Origin: Nitrospirota bacterium
GTDB lineage: Bacteria > Nitrospirota > Thermodesulfovibrionia > Thermodesulfovibrionales > Dissulfurispiraceae
DNA: 64,000 nucleotides
Direction of reading: 5' to 3'
NCBI GenBank assembly: GCA_963790025.1
Contig: CAWBMP010000004.1
Coordinates: 1,120,001 to 1,184,000, forward strand
The notes below the pieces were generated by a model that worked only from the letters and a program-made list of their open reading frames with translations, ran no database searches and had not been told where the DNA came from. Below, piece after piece: positions 61,633-64,000 of the stretch. A program made the position numbers and the translations under genes. Positions within the stretch are counted from its first letter, which is position 1. Each line of letters starts with the position of its first letter.

Positions 61633-63196
61633 TATTAATGCATCCTTAGAAACGGCAGCTAAAGGGACTGCGATTCTTATTTTCGGTACGGTAGCAAGTA
61701 ATATACTCTGGTTCGCCATAAAGCTTATAATAATCAAGACTTCAACTGCAGAGCAATTAGGTACCTATTCACTGGCAGTGGCTATTATCAGCGTAATCAC
61801 GCTGGTAGCGAGTCTTGGCGTCCATGAAGGGGCAACCAAATACGTATCCTCTCTGCTGGGAAAAGGAAAGAAAACTGAAGCTTCTGCAGCAGGCAAATTC
61901 TCACTAAAGACCGGGATGCTGTCAGGTACTGCAGCATGTACAGCTTTATTCTTGTTTTCCGGTACACTCTCGCGTCATCTTTTTTATAAACCCGAGCTTG
62001 AAAATCCGCTAAGAATCTTATCTATTAGTATTCCCTTCACCGTTCTTTCATGGATTTGTGTCTGGATTTTGCGGGGACATGGCGTGATGCGTGCCAAAGT
62101 TTATTATCTTGACATCGGCATTCCTCTTTTTTTTCTCATATTTTTAGCGCTTTCTTTTACACTATCGTTTTCGTTCAACAATATTCTGTATGCTTTTTCC
62201 CTTTCATCAATTGCCGTTTTTGCATCTGCAGGCATATATGGATATAAAAAAATAAAATTAAACGTCTTATCAATAAAAGGTGCGGTTCGATACGACGGAT
62301 TTGTAAATTTTTCCCTGGCCGCACTTTTTTTGGGTTTAATGCTTGTCCTCTTTGGATGGACCGATACGCTCGTTCTGGGACGGTATACGTCGCTGAAGGC
62401 AGTGGGAATATATAATATCGGCGTACTGCTTGCAAACCTTCTCTTGTTCCCATTCATTGCTGTCGGATTCGTTTTTATGCCTATGGCAGGAGAAATGTTC
62501 GCGCAGGGACGGCTCCCGGAACTGGGCAGAACATTTCAAATCCTGACCAAATGGATTTTTTCTGCCACATTGCCGATTTTTTTTGTTCTTTTCTTTTTTC
62601 CTGAAATGGTGATTGCTTTTTTGTTCGGGGTCCGATTCCTGGGAGCGGTCCTGCCTCTCCGTATTTTATCAGCAGGTTTCTTATTTCAAACTGCATTAGG
62701 GCCCGGTATTTCTATGCTTATGGCTATGGGGCATTCCCGTCATATCAGGAATATTTCCATTATGGGTACCTTTCTGAATATCTCCCTAAATTATCTGATG
62801 GTCAAGCGTCTGGGCCTGGGGTTGGCGGGCGCCGCAACAGCAACGATGCTCTCCTACTCTTCAATCAGCATTATGAATTGCCTCGTGCTTTACAGGATAA
62901 GCGGGTTCCATTCAGTTACAACCAGATACATCAGACCAATTGTCTGGTCAGCGGTTATAGGATCTGCAATATATGCTGTTGCCAAGATACTGCCGCTCAA
63001 TTTCTGGATGCTTCCTTTTTATTTGTTTTTTTTTATAGGCGGATATTTTGTCATGCTGCTTCTGAGCGGAGGGTTCGATGCGGAAGATATTATTTTACTG
63101 TGCCGGCTCTCAGAAAAGGTTGGCATAAAGTCGGACCGGATATGGAAGATCGCTTGTCAGTTCAATAAACATTTGGTGCCTGAACGCGATGAGTAA
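61622..63196 (+). CDS. Oligosaccharide flippase (Wzx/MOP family)
   Basis: About 14 TM helices, TD.LVLG.Y....VGIY and GLAGAA.AT. Confidence 0.85.
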   Translation: MTDNINASLETAAKGTAILIFGTVASNILWFAIKLIIIKTSTAEQLGTYSLAVAIISVITLVASLGVHEGATKYVSSLLGKGKKTEASAAGKFSLKTGMLSGTAACTALFLFSGTLSRHLFYKPELENPLRILSISIPFTVLSWICVWILRGHGVMRAKVYYLDIGIPLFFLIFLALSFTLSFSFNNILYAFSLSSIAVFASAGIYGYKKIKLNVLSIKGAVRYDGFVNFSLAALFLGLMLVLFGWTDTLVLGRYTSLKAVGIYNIGVLLANLLLFPFIAVGFVFMPMAGEMFAQGRLPELGRTFQILTKWIFSATLPIFFVLFFFPEMVIAFLFGVRFLGAVLPLRILSAGFLFQTALGPGISMLMAMGHSRHIRNISIMGTFLNISLNYLMVKRLGLGLAGAATATMLSYSSISIMNCLVLYRISGFHSVTTRYIRPIVWSAVIGSAIYAVAKILPLNFWMLPFYLFFFIGGYFVMLLLSGGFDAEDIILLCRLSEKVGIKSDRIWKIACQFNKHLVPERDE

Positions 63197-63257
63197 TGCA
63201 GGGGACTGTATAGTAATAGCTGTGGAAAACTGAAATTAAGTCAATGAGGTACAAGGA

Positions 63258-64000
63258 ATGAAGCAGTGTCCCGGATGCAGACATGAAGTAACAACAAATT
63301 TTATAAGGACATTCAGGAGTGCTGTGGCCGGCAGAGACTTTCGACTTTACCACTGCGTCCGCTGCGACCTGATGTTTTGGGAACCCCGCATAATCGAGCC
63401 GGAATTTTACACAGGCAATAAACTGGGATATGCGGAGTTTCATTGTAATTTGCGGAAGTCCCTGCCCTTTTATTCAAAGCCTTTTTTTGGTTTACCCTCA
63501 TATAAAAAAGGCAGTCTCCTTGATGTTGGTGGCGGCGACGGGTTGTTCGCTGAAAAAGCTCAGGAAGCAGGTTTCGATGTGACAATGATAGATTTCGACG
63601 AAAAAAGTGTTCAGTCTGCAAGAAAGCGAGGCGTGCATAAAGCTTTCTCTTATTCTTTGGAAGATTTTATCCTGGCTTGCAAAGGGCAAAACCTTCAGTT
63701 CGATGTAATATCCTTTTTTGAAGTCCTGGAACATCAGGAGAACCTGGAACTTTTTATCAATAACATCAAAACGTTGCTGAAGCCTGACGGCTGGATAGTG
63801 GGAAGCACACCCAACAGGGACCGAATGTGCGCAAACCTCACAAGAAAACTTGACGGCCAGGATACTCCGCCGCATCATTTTTTCTGGTGGAGTAAAAAAA
63901 GTGTGGATAATTTTTTCGCGTCGCATGGTTTTGTTGTGGAGATACTCCCTACCAAGATAGACCTTGACGCCACTACAGCTAACGTGCTGGATTATATCTC
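63258..64000 (+). CDS. Class I SAM-dependent methyltransferase with N-terminal zinc ribbon (runs off the window end)
   Basis: Read by hand: MKQCPGC...HCVRCD...LLDVGGGDG...FEVLEH...LKPDG...PPHH. Confidence 0.85.
   Translation, partial: MKQCPGCRHEVTTNFIRTFRSAVAGRDFRLYHCVRCDLMFWEPRIIEPEFYTGNKLGYAEFHCNLRKSLPFYSKPFFGLPSYKKGSLLDVGGGDGLFAEKAQEAGFDVTMIDFDEKSVQSARKRGVHKAFSYSLEDFILACKGQNLQFDVISFFEVLEHQENLELFINNIKTLLKPDGWIVGSTPNRDRMCANLTRKLDGQDTPPHHFFWWSKKSVDNFFASHGFVVEILPTKIDLDATTANVLDYI

Noticed and set aside
63470..63500. Possible frameshift at the T7 tract in the terminal methyltransferase
   Set aside because: Counting bases shows the frame from ATG 63258 stays open through LLDVGGG.

Overview
Bacterial chromosomal segment of moderate GC. 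The gene repertoire and the tmRNA tag (ANNELAIAA) suggest Nitrospirota of the Thermodesulfovibrionia type, which is an inference only. Most of it is housekeeping: proA, ferredoxin, hisI, DUF4390-ntrY-ntrX-der, a two-subunit fumarate hydratase, apbE, rsmE, hrcA-grpE-dnaK-dnaJ with a perfect CIRCE, a polyamine decarboxylase-speE pair, tlyA, dxs, ispA, guaBA, hfq, clpS-clpA-aat and smpB-ssrA. After these come a Pat-type acetyltransferase, sodC, an ABC exporter, an ECF module and a type IV pilus locus (pilC, pilRS, sigma54-driven pilA). The pilin gene is followed by a DUF2723/TMEM260-like GT-C transferase, a GT4, a polyprenol-P-mannose synthase-like GT2, a flippase and a methyltransferase. The most notable observations are: (1) a 722-bp integrase-free mini-island at the tmRNA 3' end carrying only a RelE-type TA pair between 33-bp direct repeats; (2) a candidate TMEM260-like pilin O-glycosylation system; (3) a window-wide family of 7-nt-periodic inverted-repeat intergenic elements that differ in sequence but share an architecture; (4) a triple-XRE regulator/secreted peptide insert with a visible operator; (5) a ~185-nt foldback element in the polyamine operon; (6) several probable leaderless genes. 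All calls come from reading the sequence and recognising motifs; no database searches were run.
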